From NCBI GenBank assembly GCA_965262645.1, contig CBDHFO010000017.1:1016582-1080581 (forward strand): a DNA stretch of 64,000 nt, given 5' to 3'. The notes below the pieces were generated by a model, which worked only from the letters and a program-made list of their open reading frames with translations, made no database searches and was not told where the DNA came from. The stretch is from Candidatus Marinacidobacterium sp. Its GTDB lineage: Bacteria; Acidobacteriota; Vicinamibacteria; Marinacidobacterales; Marinacidobacteraceae. Made by a program: the position numbers and the translations under genes. This document shows, in pieces, positions 45,848 through 55,317 of this stretch; position 1 is the first letter of the stretch, and each line of letters starts with the position of its first letter.

Positions 45848-47392
45848 CTGCGGTTAACAGCCCCCCGGGTCGCTGGCAGGGCGGCTTGGCCCATTCTGTT
45901 CCCCGTCCTGTTCCCCGTCCTGTTCCCCGTCCTGTTTGCTACCGCGCTCGGCCTGTCTCCCGCGTTCGCTCAGGCGGTGGCTCCCGGAACCGGGTCGCCG
46001 TCCGCCGAACAACAGGCGGCTTCCGGCGAGAACACCCCCGAAGAAGAGCAAGGCGACGAGAAACGCCCCGATCCGGCGGCCTACCCCTTCGAGATCGTCG
46101 AGGACGTAACCCTGGGAACCGAACCGGCGAGCGCCGACGTGACCGGCCAACTCGGCGTCTCCGATGAGGATTACATCCCGGAGGTCTTCCAGTACCGCCG
46201 GCGCGGCGCCCAACCGTCCCAGCGGAACCTCAGCGGGGACCATCGCTCGACCGCCCTGACGGAGTTCCGGGTCATTGATCTGGAGGTGGACCCCGGAGAC
46301 ACGGTGCGGGCGATCGCCAAGGTGGAGCCGGCCTTCGAGAAGGGACGGCGTTTCGTAGCCGAGTTCTGGAGTCAGCAATACGGCCGGGCCTCGGTCATCT
46401 ACGTGAACTTCAAGCCGCACGAGAAGGACAAGAACCTCTACCTCGGGCGCGGCAAGGTGGACCGCCACCACCCCGGGGGTCGCTACAACGTCGGCTCCAC
46501 CATGATCACCGACGAACACGGGCACAAGAAGGCGTATTCCACCGAGTTCAACCCGGTCATGCGGGCCGCGGACGGCAGTCCCGCCTACTTCGTGGTCTCA
46601 AAGAACCCGGAGGCGGACGTGACGCCACCCACCCTCCGCTCCGTCGAGATCCTGACTCCGGAGGTTGACGTCGGGCAGGCCATCCGGGTCGAGGCCTTTG
46701 CGGAGGACAATCTCGCGGGGCCGGCGCAGGCGCGGGCGGTGTTCGTCAGCCCGTCCGGGAGGCGGGCGGTACGGGCGGATCTCATCGGCGATTCCCGGCG
46801 CCCGGGGCGTTTCCTCGGTGCCTTCTCGATTCCCGAGTGGTACGAAGGCGGGAGGTGGCGGATCCAGAAGGTCGAGCTTTACGACGCGGCGCGAAACGGC
46901 GCACTGATCTTCGCCGCGACCGCTCCGGTGCTTCGGGATGTGAACGTTCTCGTAACGGAGAACCCGGAAAAGCGGGACGACGAAGCACCGGTGTTGCTCG
47001 CCGTCGAACTTCCCCAACGGGAGGCTCTCGCCAGCGAGTCCATTCCCGTCGCGGCGCTCGTGGAAGACAACCTCAGTGGGGTGGACAAGGTCTACGTGTC
47101 CTTCCGGAGCCCGAGCGGGGCGGATCTGGTCCGGGTCGAGCTCGAAAGCAAGAACCCGCCGCTGAACCGGCCCTCGCTGGTGCCGCAACCGAACGTCTTT
47201 CGCGGAACCCTGAAGATCGAGGAGTGGCAGGAACGCGGCGCCTATACGGTGTCCCGGATGAACATCTCCGACCGGGCGCAGAACTACCTGAACCTCAACC
47301 CGGTGCGCGACGAGGAGATCCGCGGCCTGGAGGTCTTGTTCCTCCCCGAGAAGAAGAAAGCAACGACGGCAACGGAGAAGCCTCCCCAATGA
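45845..47392 (+). CDS. Hypothetical secreted protein with three tandem ~120-aa beta-rich (Ig-like?) modules
   Basis: 515 aa. Signal peptide containing (LFPV)3. Modules share the pattern TPP.L..VE......VGQ.I.V.A.AEDNL(A/S)G......V.F.SPSG. Confidence 0.65.
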   Translation: MLRLTAPRVAGRAAWPILFPVLFPVLFPVLFATALGLSPAFAQAVAPGTGSPSAEQQAASGENTPEEEQGDEKRPDPAAYPFEIVEDVTLGTEPASADVTGQLGVSDEDYIPEVFQYRRRGAQPSQRNLSGDHRSTALTEFRVIDLEVDPGDTVRAIAKVEPAFEKGRRFVAEFWSQQYGRASVIYVNFKPHEKDKNLYLGRGKVDRHHPGGRYNVGSTMITDEHGHKKAYSTEFNPVMRAADGSPAYFVVSKNPEADVTPPTLRSVEILTPEVDVGQAIRVEAFAEDNLAGPAQARAVFVSPSGRRAVRADLIGDSRRPGRFLGAFSIPEWYEGGRWRIQKVELYDAARNGALIFAATAPVLRDVNVLVTENPEKRDDEAPVLLAVELPQREALASESIPVAALVEDNLSGVDKVYVSFRSPSGADLVRVELESKNPPLNRPSLVPQPNVFRGTLKIEEWQERGAYTVSRMNISDRAQNYLNLNPVRDEEIRGLEVLFLPEKKKATTATEKPPQ

Positions 47393-48624
47393 GTTCACCA
47401 ATGAGCATGAATCGCCGTCATTTTCTGGGCGCCGCCGGCGCCGCGGCCCTCGGTCTGGGCGGCGGCGCGAACCGGCTGCTGGCCGCCACCCCCGAGCGCG
47501 CCTCCATCGTTCCCGACCGGAGCCTGAAAACAAAGCACCTGGTCGTCATCCTCTACGGCAACGGTTGCCGGAAGAAGGACACCGTGGAGGACCCCGCGCA
47601 CGCCCCGCACATGGCGCGAATGATGGAAGCCGGGAGCGTCTTCACCGAAGACTTCGGCGAAACCGCGAACCTCCACGGCTACATGTACACCGAGATGCTG
47701 ACCGGCCGGGAAACGGTTTCGGAGCATCCGCTCTATCCGACCTGGACGGAGACCGCCCGCAAGGAACTCGGCGGCTCGGTGAACGACTACTGGATGCTGC
47801 AGGGAGTCAGCTACTACCGGTCGTGGGTATTCGACCGGAAGCACTGGAGCGCGCACCCGGACGGGGGGCTCTCGTTCGGCGCGAACTCGCTGACCATGAA
47901 CAAGCTGTTCCACGACGACCAGGAAGCGTCGGCAGCGCAATTGGTGAAGGCCAACATCGAACCGGGGCTCGGCCACACCCGCCAGACCCGGAAGGATCTC
48001 GAGGACTGGCTCGCCGACGCGGTATCCCGGCGGACCGACGTTCCGGCGTCGACGAAGACTTCGCTCGTGGACCGGGAAGTGCCGCTCGGCGACGGGCAGT
48101 GCTTCGAGATCGCCAAGCATCTGCTTCGGGATTTCCGCCCGAAGCTGATCACCATCCAGATGCTCGCTCTCGACGATGCCCACGCCGACGCGGGCTTTTG
48201 GGACTACGACACCGACTACGAGCAGTACCGGCGGCACATCGCGGCCACCGACGAGCTCATCGGCAACCTGCACGATTTCATTCACAACGACCCGTACCTG
48301 CGCGACACCACCTCGATTCTGCTTCGACCCGAATGCGGACGCGACGATGAGGTCAACGTGTACGGACAGCTCCATCATTCGCAAGGGAACTACTACGCAC
48401 ACAACGTCTGGACGCTCGGGGTCGGCCCCGACTTCCGGAAGGGTGCGGTGTTTCCCGAGCAGGTGATGCGGCGCGACCTTTGCCCCACCGTCGTTTATTT
48501 GCTCACCGGGAGAGACATCGCGTCCCATGTCACAGGTTCTGTGCGCACCCAGATGTTCCACGAGGAGTACCGCCTGCCGGCGTACGTCCTCCGCGACCGC
48601 TTCGGTAATCCGATCAAGGCCTGA
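47389..48624 (+). CDS. Hypothetical protein with twin-arginine (Tat) signal, possibly alkaline-phosphatase-superfamily/DUF1501-like
   Basis: ATG 47389 overlaps the previous stop (ATGA). MSSPMSMNRRHFLGAAGAAALGLG. The family guess rests only on ...ILLRPECGRDDE... and overall size. Confidence 0.7.
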   Translation: MSSPMSMNRRHFLGAAGAAALGLGGGANRLLAATPERASIVPDRSLKTKHLVVILYGNGCRKKDTVEDPAHAPHMARMMEAGSVFTEDFGETANLHGYMYTEMLTGRETVSEHPLYPTWTETARKELGGSVNDYWMLQGVSYYRSWVFDRKHWSAHPDGGLSFGANSLTMNKLFHDDQEASAAQLVKANIEPGLGHTRQTRKDLEDWLADAVSRRTDVPASTKTSLVDREVPLGDGQCFEIAKHLLRDFRPKLITIQMLALDDAHADAGFWDYDTDYEQYRRHIAATDELIGNLHDFIHNDPYLRDTTSILLRPECGRDDEVNVYGQLHHSQGNYYAHNVWTLGVGPDFRKGAVFPEQVMRRDLCPTVVYLLTGRDIASHVTGSVRTQMFHEEYRLPAYVLRDRFGNPIKA

Positions 48625-49189
48625 ACACCCGGCCACGGCTCCGGCCGCGGCCGTCGTCCTGGGATTGCTCACCGCGACCCCCGCGTTTCCGCTGCAACCG
48701 GCGCAAGAGGACCCGCCATCACTGGTGGAAGCCGCGCGGCGGCAGCGCGCCCGGATCGAGGCGAGCCGGAAGCAGCGTGGCGCCGCTCCCCGCTTCACCG
48801 ACGCCGACCTCGCCGGCGGGCGCTTGGCGAGGCCGGACCGCTCGACCGCTCCGCTCGAGGCGGAGGCGCTCCCCGACCCCGCGATCACCAGCGAAGACCT
48901 TCCCCTTGGGGACCCCGGCGAGGACACCGCAAGCGCGGGTGACGACGAGGTTCGCGCCAACATGGAGGCCCGGCGGCGCGAAATCGCCGAGCGGGAAAAC
49001 GAAATCAGGGAACGCCTGTTGGATATCGAGGCCTCCCTCGCCGCCGTCGGAGCCAGCGGCCTCCCCTACGCCCCTCGCAACCCGACTCGCTTCCAGAGCG
49101 CGTTCGACACGACCCGGCTCCGCGCCGAACAGGAAGAACTCAATCAGGAACTCGAAGCCCTCGCCGCGGAACGCCAGATTCTCCGGTGA
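48527..49189 (+). CDS. Hypothetical protein with hydrophobic N-region and coiled-coil C-terminus (start uncertain)
   Basis: AAAVVLGLLTATPAFPLQPAQ signal-like stretch, charged heptad-like tail (REIAERENEIRERLLDIEASL...LRAEQEELNQELEALAAERQIL). ATG 48527 overlaps the upstream gene by ~98 nt. Confidence 0.4.
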   Translation: MSQVLCAPRCSTRSTACRRTSSATASVIRSRPEHPATAPAAAVVLGLLTATPAFPLQPAQEDPPSLVEAARRQRARIEASRKQRGAAPRFTDADLAGGRLARPDRSTAPLEAEALPDPAITSEDLPLGDPGEDTASAGDDEVRANMEARRREIAERENEIRERLLDIEASLAAVGASGLPYAPRNPTRFQSAFDTTRLRAEQEELNQELEALAAERQILR

Positions 49190-49267
49190 AGAGCGCCCCC
49201 CACCCGGATGCCGCCGAAGGGCGAGGGAACGCCGGCCTCCAAGGTCGGCATGGTGGCGCGCAGGTCA

Positions 49268-49318
49268 GGGAACGCTGACCTCCGGTCGGCACAGCCCGCC
49301 GTAGGCGGGCGGAACTGC
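49268..49318 (+). repeat. REP-like double-hairpin element, variant copy f
   Basis: GGGAACGCTGACCTCCGGTCGGCACAGCCCGCCGTAGGCGGGCGGAACTGCG. Same two-hairpin layout as copies a-e with different stem sequences. Confidence 0.65.
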
Positions 49319-49465
49319 GTACGGCCGACCCGCGTGAAGCGCGCGGCAGCGGGAACGCTGGCCAGGTGTCCTGATCGGGGCGTTCACACCGGCATCGCTC
49401 CCCCGCAGGGCGCGAAACCCGCGAATGGCCCACCGTCCTCAAGGGCGCATGGCCACGGGCCCCTC

Positions 49466-49957
49466 CTACGCCCCCACCTCGAACTCCACCCCGAACCGCT
49501 CGCCGTAGTCCACGAACTGGGTCGGGTTCGGATCCACGTTCAGGATGAGGAAGCTCGCGCCCGGCGGCTCGAGCAGGTAGCGGTCGAGCGAATGCCAAGT
49601 CCCGGTCTTGTAGGCGTACCCCTTGCCCGGGTCGATCAGGAAGGCGCGCACCTCCTCGGGTTTCGGAACGGCTTCCGCGTCGTCGAGATCGGTGGGCGCG
49701 GCCACCGCCACCACCGCCGGCGCACCTTCGAGGGGAATGAATGCCTGCGTCACCGCGAAGTGGCGCTCGAGGAGGCGGAACCTCCTGCCCTCGGTCGGCT
49801 GCCAGATGACGTCCACCGTCGTCCGGCCGTCGATCCGGAAGTCGACCGGGAAGAACCGCCGGCCGGCCGCCGGTCGTTCCCGCGCCTCGATGACCTCGCC
49901 GTAGGGGGCGAAGGACTCGGCCGTCATGGGCTCGATGGGGAGCCTGACGATTCTCAT
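49466..49957 (-). CDS. Ureidoglycolate lyase (AllA)-family protein
   Basis: ATG 49955-57, 163 aa. MRIVRLPIEPMTAESFAPYGEVI..., LERHFAVTQAFIPL, GTWHS. Confidence 0.75.
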   Translation of the reverse strand: MRIVRLPIEPMTAESFAPYGEVIEARERPAAGRRFFPVDFRIDGRTTVDVIWQPTEGRRFRLLERHFAVTQAFIPLEGAPAVVAVAAPTDLDDAEAVPKPEEVRAFLIDPGKGYAYKTGTWHSLDRYLLEPPGASFLILNVDPNPTQFVDYGERFGVEFEVGA

Positions 49958-49977
49958 GGTTTCTCCAGATGGTCGCC

Positions 49978-51384
49978 TCAGAACGGGCCGAGAGCGATGT
50001 ATTGGGCAATCACCAGCCCGCCGGTCGCGACCAGCAGAATGATCCCAAAGAGCGGCAGGTAGTAGCGGATCCATCGCAGCAGCCCGACCTGGGCCATTAT
50101 GAGCGTCGCCATGAAATACCCGGACGTGGGAAAAATGACGTTCGTGATCCCGTCCCCCCATTGGGTGGCGAGCACCACGACCTGCCGCGTGACCCCGGCG
50201 AGATCGGCGACCGGCACCAGAATCGGCAGGGTGATGAGCGCCTGTCCGCTTCCGGACGGGACGAGGAAGTTGAAAACGGTCTGGCCGAACAAGACCCCGA
50301 CGGCCGTGAGCGCGGGCGGCAGCGACGACACCATCAGGGCGCTCCAGTAGACCACGGTGTCCATCACCGCGCCCTCGGTCATCACCACGGAAACGCCGCG
50401 GGCGACGCCGCAGACCAGGGCGCCGACGAGAATCTCCCGGAACGAATCGTTGAAGTCGGAACAGATCTGGTTCGGCCCGCGGCCCGCCAACAACGAGACG
50501 ACCACCGCCATGGCGACGAAGGCGCCCCCAATCTCCTCGAACCCGAGGCGCAGAACGAGAACCGAAACGACAAACGCCGCAAACAGGCCGAGCGCCACGA
50601 TTCCAGCCACCTTCTGGCGCTTGCTGAACGAAACGGAGGCGGTTCCGTCAGACACCGCGGGAACTGGTTCTCGAACTTCCCCGATCCCGTTTCGCCGGCG
50701 GATCTCGCGGCGCGCCCGCCGCACCACGAAGACCGCCGCCGCGGTCTGCACGATGAGGAAGAAGATGAACCGGTAGGAGGCCCCCGAATACATCGGCAGA
50801 CCGGCCAACATGTGACCGATCCCCACCGTCGACGGCACCGTCACCCCGAACGCCGCCCCGAGGGTCGTCGGCAGCAGCGCCACCGCGGTTCCGGTGACCC
50901 GCCCGCACCCGAAGCGCCGCAGCAGGGGCAGCACGATCGGGAGGTAGGCAATGGAGAGCTCGGGCATCCCCACCACCGCCGAGACCGAAGCGAAGGCGAA
51001 CATGAGCGCCGGAATCAGGAGTTCGACCCGCCGCCCGGTAGCGGCGGTCAGCCGCTTCACCCCGAGATCCAGGACTCCGGCGCGGCGGATCACCCCCACC
51101 GAGCCCGCGACGAGAAACACGAGGAAGACCACGCTCGCCGCGCTGACGAGCCCGTCCGGGATGGCTGTGATCACGTCCATGAGCCCCGCCGGCGACCGTT
51201 CGATCACCTGGTAGGACCCCGGCACCACCGCTTCCCGCCCGTCGGGAAGGACCGTCCGCTCGTAGCGGCCGGCCGGGATGATCCAGGTGAGGAGCGCCGC
51301 TACCGCGATCAGCGCGGAGAGGACGATGTAGATGTCGAGCCCGCGGCGACCCTCATCGGGACGAGCCGACTCTGCGAGTCCCAT
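49978..51384 (-). CDS. YfcC-family (DcuC/AbgT-like) membrane transporter
   Basis: 468 aa, ~12 TM. ...FLVPSGSGQALITLPILVP... motif typical of the YfcC family. Confidence 0.85.
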   Translation of the reverse strand: MGLAESARPDEGRRGLDIYIVLSALIAVAALLTWIIPAGRYERTVLPDGREAVVPGSYQVIERSPAGLMDVITAIPDGLVSAASVVFLVFLVAGSVGVIRRAGVLDLGVKRLTAATGRRVELLIPALMFAFASVSAVVGMPELSIAYLPIVLPLLRRFGCGRVTGTAVALLPTTLGAAFGVTVPSTVGIGHMLAGLPMYSGASYRFIFFLIVQTAAAVFVVRRARREIRRRNGIGEVREPVPAVSDGTASVSFSKRQKVAGIVALGLFAAFVVSVLVLRLGFEEIGGAFVAMAVVVSLLAGRGPNQICSDFNDSFREILVGALVCGVARGVSVVMTEGAVMDTVVYWSALMVSSLPPALTAVGVLFGQTVFNFLVPSGSGQALITLPILVPVADLAGVTRQVVVLATQWGDGITNVIFPTSGYFMATLIMAQVGLLRWIRYYLPLFGIILLVATGGLVIAQYIALGPF

Positions 51385-51579
51385 CCCACAAGGGTACGGG
51401 AACGCCCAGCGATGCCCGCCATTCGCCTATCGCGCGACGTACCTCGCCAACGCGGGCACGGACCCAAACGTGGGGACGGTCTCCGAGCCCTCACTCGTTA
51501 TCGCGCTATGTAGAACCCATGTTTTTGCGGAACTCGCTTGACGTGCAACCCATGACCTCCACCGATGTCGTGGAGGGGT

Positions 51580-52383
51580 TCAAGCATGCCTTTGAGTGTG
51601 AGCCGGCGGAGCGGAACCGCGAGGCGAATAAGTCACCGGAATGGTCGCCATGTAAACGCAATTGGGACTACCCCATGTCCCTGTCATACAAAGTGCGAGG
51701 GTCTTGCCCCGGTGACCTTCCAACATATTCTCGTTCGAAAGAATTCGCTTCAGCGCGTCTTCGAGCTTTGCCTTGAACCCCTGCTCGGGCGCCCATTCAG
51801 CGGTGACCGCCAGTTTCTTGCCATCCCTAAGGGGAAGTTCTCCAAGCTGGAATCCAGGAAATGGCGTTCCTTTTCTGATCGTCGCGTCTTCGCCGACAAT
51901 GAAGAATGAGACTACCGTGAGGAATTCGTGATGTCCTTCGACAAGAATCGCATTCTTGTCCCAAGTTGGCTTAAACGCCCGTCTCTGCTCATCGTCCAGT
52001 TGTATTCCCCACCATGGGAAAACCAACCTGAACGTTGCAACTCCCTCGTCTGGCTCATGCCATTGGTTCATGAAGGATTTCCCCGTTAGGTTGACTGGAT
52101 TCGCAGTCCGTGGCCGGATTGAGATGTGCTGTCTTCCAGAGGCGTGAAGACTGACCTTCTGCTCCTTCATGTTGTCGCGACAATAGATGTAAGCATCGCC
52201 CGTGGTCTTGGCGCGGACGCCCCAAGCATTCGATGTCCGCCCGTTGCGGTACTGGATCGCAAATCGGATGGGATTCATCCTCGTTGGTACCTGCGCCTCC
52301 TCGCCCACTGAAATCGAGAACATCGTGTCATCGCTGGGTGGTGGCAACTCGGTAAACGGCATCGGCCCAATAGACGTGCTCAT
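51580..52383 (-). CDS. Orphan hypothetical protein in a low-G+C islet
   Basis: 267-aa ORF. The only long ORF in a ~1.1-kb stretch whose composition is clearly lower than its surroundings. No motif recognised. Confidence 0.55.
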   Translation of the reverse strand: MSTSIGPMPFTELPPPSDDTMFSISVGEEAQVPTRMNPIRFAIQYRNGRTSNAWGVRAKTTGDAYIYCRDNMKEQKVSLHASGRQHISIRPRTANPVNLTGKSFMNQWHEPDEGVATFRLVFPWWGIQLDDEQRRAFKPTWDKNAILVEGHHEFLTVVSFFIVGEDATIRKGTPFPGFQLGELPLRDGKKLAVTAEWAPEQGFKAKLEDALKRILSNENMLEGHRGKTLALCMTGTWGSPNCVYMATIPVTYSPRGSAPPAHTQRHA

Positions 52384-52560
52384 CCCGCCAGTCTAGTTGC
52401 TCCAACAGAGCGCCAAACGAATTCCCGATGGGAACCGTGACAAACTACGTCGGACGCCCAAGCGCAATGGCGCTCGTGGGTTTCGCAACGCGTTCGGGCA
52501 GGCGAAGCCGTTCTGAAGGCCAACGTGATATCGGCCTAGACGGAGTCTCGGGGTCCTTCG

Positions 52561-54486
52561 TCAGTCCGGCACAACCCGGAGGAGAGTCGACCCGGCGGCG
52601 ACGGCGTCTCCGACTCCCGCGGCGACGTCGCTGAGAGTTCCACCGACCGGGGCCCGGATCTCCCAGTGCATCTTCATGGACTCGATCACCGCGACGACCT
52701 CGCCCTCCGCCACGCTGCTACCGGAGTCCACCACGCTCACCACGACACCGGCGAGGGGCGCCCGGACCTCGCCCTCCCGGATCGCGACTCCGGCTTTTTC
52801 TCCGCCTTCGGAAAGCTCGAGGACGAGTGTTTCCCCGGCTACGGTGACGGCCACCTCGCGGCCGCCCGGGAGCGGAGTCGCCGTCGCCCGCAGCGGCTCC
52901 GGGACTCCCGCGTCCCTGACAGCGCCCCCAGAGAGTAGGACCTCCCCCGGCCGGCTCCCCGGATCCAGTCGGGGAAAGCCCTCGTCGCTCGCGAGCGATC
53001 GGAAGATGTCGGCGGTCGCCGCCCGCCGCGGCCGCAGCGCCGCCGCCGAGAGCGCTTCGGCGACCCGCTCGTGGCGGAGGAGCGTCTCGAGTGGGCCCGG
53101 CAGTCGCGACGCCACCAGTTCTTCGACCCGCTCCTCGACCCAGCCGGTGTGGGCGTTCCCCGCGAGGAACTCCGGATGCCGGAGAACCGAAATCAACAGG
53201 GACACGTTGGTCTCCACTCCGTGAATGACGATCGCCTCGAGGGCGGCAGCCAACCGGGCGGCGGCCGCCGCCGGAGTCTCTCCCCGGGCGATGACCTTGG
53301 CGAGCAGGGAATCGAAACCCGGAGGAACGGGAGCGCCCTCGACCACTCCGGAGTCCACCCGGATGTCTTCTCCCTGCGGCTCGCGGTAGCGGCGGAGCCG
53401 CCCGGGACTCGGGGCGAACCCGTTCCGGGGCGATTCGGCGAGGACCCGCGCCTCCATGGCCGCTCCCCGGGGCCTGAGCGGCCGAAACGCCTCGGGCCGG
53501 GAACCGGGCGGCGGCAGGGAATCGGGCCAAACGCCGGCGGCGAGCGACAACTGCGCATCCACCAGGTCCACCCCGTACACCTCCTCGGTCACCGGGTGCT
53601 CGACCTGCAGCCGGGTGTTCACTTCCAGGAAGAAGAAACCCCCATCCGGGTCCAGGAGGAACTCCACCGTCCCCGCACCCCGGTAGCGGCTTCGGGTCAC
53701 CAGCCGGAGCGCCGCCTCCCCCATCCGCGCGCGGAGATCCTCCGAGATTCCGAATCCGGGAGACCACTCCACGAGCTTCTGCCGGCGGCGCTGGACCGAA
53801 CACTCCCGCTCGCCCAGATGGACCCCGCCGCCCCGTCCGTCGCCGAAGACCTGAATCTCGACGTGCCGCGGCCGGTCGAGCCAGCGTTCGAGAAACACCC
53901 GGCCATCGCCGAAGGCCGCCTGGGCTTCGGCGGACGCCGACGCCAGGGCGCCGGCCAGATCCTGCGGGCGGCGGACGACGCGGATCCCGATGCCCCCGCC
54001 GCCCGCCGCCGCCTTGACCGCACAGGGGAAGTCGAGCCCTGCCCGCTTCGCCTCGCGCAAGCCGTCCCCGGTGGCGGCGAGCCCCTCCGAAGACAGCGAG
54101 GGGAGCACCGGCACGCCTACCGCGATCGCGGTTTGCCGCGCGGATTCCTTGTCGCCGAGTCGGCGCATGGCCTCGGCGGTCGGTCCCACGAAACCGATAC
54201 CGGCAGCCTCTACCGCAGCGGCAAACGAGGGACTCTCCGACAAAAAGCCGTATCCCGGGTGCAGGAGATCCGCCCGAAAGCGCTCCGCCGCCGCGATCAC
54301 GGCCGGCCCGTCCAGAAAGTCCGGAACTTCGAAGACCTGGTCAGCCTCCGCCCGAACCGGCGCCCCGCGGTCGGCGGCAGTCGAAACCACCGCCACCGGG
54401 TAGCCGCGCCCACGCGCCGAGCGGAGGATCCGCCGCGTGATCTCGCCCCGGTTGGCGATCAGCAGCCGCGGCGGCGCAGGGGACAC
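52561..54486 (-). CDS. Acyl-CoA carboxylase alpha subunit (biotin carboxylase + BCCP; methylcrotonyl/geranyl-CoA carboxylase-like)
   Basis: 641 aa. LLIANRGEI, ATP-grasp core, C-terminal biotinyl motif IESMKMHWEI. Confidence 0.9.
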   Translation of the reverse strand: MSPAPPRLLIANRGEITRRILRSARGRGYPVAVVSTAADRGAPVRAEADQVFEVPDFLDGPAVIAAAERFRADLLHPGYGFLSESPSFAAAVEAAGIGFVGPTAEAMRRLGDKESARQTAIAVGVPVLPSLSSEGLAATGDGLREAKRAGLDFPCAVKAAAGGGGIGIRVVRRPQDLAGALASASAEAQAAFGDGRVFLERWLDRPRHVEIQVFGDGRGGGVHLGERECSVQRRRQKLVEWSPGFGISEDLRARMGEAALRLVTRSRYRGAGTVEFLLDPDGGFFFLEVNTRLQVEHPVTEEVYGVDLVDAQLSLAAGVWPDSLPPPGSRPEAFRPLRPRGAAMEARVLAESPRNGFAPSPGRLRRYREPQGEDIRVDSGVVEGAPVPPGFDSLLAKVIARGETPAAAAARLAAALEAIVIHGVETNVSLLISVLRHPEFLAGNAHTGWVEERVEELVASRLPGPLETLLRHERVAEALSAAALRPRRAATADIFRSLASDEGFPRLDPGSRPGEVLLSGGAVRDAGVPEPLRATATPLPGGREVAVTVAGETLVLELSEGGEKAGVAIREGEVRAPLAGVVVSVVDSGSSVAEGEVVAVIESMKMHWEIRAPVGGTLSDVAAGVGDAVAAGSTLLRVVPD

Positions 54487-54495
54487 GAAGGACCG

Positions 54496-55317
54496 TTAGC
54501 GGGTCGCGCCACCCGAGGACTTTGACCCGGGGGCCCACGGCGGCGGCGATTTGGTGAAGAAGGCGGCCGTTCCCGCCTGGCCTTCGTCGGAGGCCCGGGC
54601 GGCGGCGATCGTGCGAATGGTCAGTTCCTCGATGTCCGGCGGGGGCAACGGAGCCTCCCGCAGCATGAGCGCCTTTGCCTGGCGCACCGCCCGCGGGGCG
54701 CTCTCGAGGAAACGCGCGAGCGTCACCCCGAGCACATCCAGAAGGCCGCCGACCGGAGTCAGCTCGTGCACGATGCCGGCGGCAAGGGCAGCCTGTCCCC
54801 TGGCCACCGCCCCCCCGAGCAGGAAGGGACCGGCGCGGCCGGGGCCGAGGCGCCGCACCACGTAGGGGGAGATGACCGCCGGAACGAGCCCGAGGCGCGC
54901 CTCGGGGGTTCCGAAGCGGGCGGCTTCCTCGGCGACGACGTGATCGGCACACACCGCGAGTCCGAAGCCGCCCCCGAGCGCCGCTCCCTGCACCGCGGCA
55001 ATGACCGGCGCCGGGAACGCGGCAACCGATCGGAAAAGAGTCGCAAAGCGCCGCGCATCGTGGCGGTTTTCTTCCTCGCTCGCCCGCCCCGACTCGCGCA
55101 TCGCTTTCAGATCGGCCCCGGCGCAAAAGACCCTCCCCTCCCCCTGCAGCACCACCACCCGGCACTCCTCCGCCGGCAAGGCGGACAGCTCCGCCAGGCG
55201 CGCCGGAATTCCCGCGACCATCTCCGGGGTCAGGGCGTTTCGCACCTCGGGTCGCCGGAGCGTGAGACGGACCACGCCGTCCGCTTCGAAATCGAGCTGG
55301 AGATGCGGGGAACTCAT
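54496..55317 (-). CDS. Enoyl-CoA hydratase/isomerase family protein (methylglutaconyl- or isohexenylglutaconyl-CoA hydratase-like)
   Basis: ATG 55315-17 overlaps the upstream stop (ATGA). FCAGADLKAM, GGGFGLAVCAD. Confidence 0.85.
   Translation of the reverse strand: MSSPHLQLDFEADGVVRLTLRRPEVRNALTPEMVAGIPARLAELSALPAEECRVVVLQGEGRVFCAGADLKAMRESGRASEEENRHDARRFATLFRSVAAFPAPVIAAVQGAALGGGFGLAVCADHVVAEEAARFGTPEARLGLVPAVISPYVVRRLGPGRAGPFLLGGAVARGQAALAAGIVHELTPVGGLLDVLGVTLARFLESAPRAVRQAKALMLREAPLPPPDIEELTIRTIAAARASDEGQAGTAAFFTKSPPPWAPGSKSSGGATR

Noticed and set aside
44338-45894. An 83-aa N-terminal extension of the aminotransferase containing PEEPEPEEPAPEKPE.
   Set aside because: The extension is produced by the 15-bp promoter repeats read antisense and overlaps the start of the divergent gene. 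The conserved aminotransferase N-terminus begins at Met 45645.
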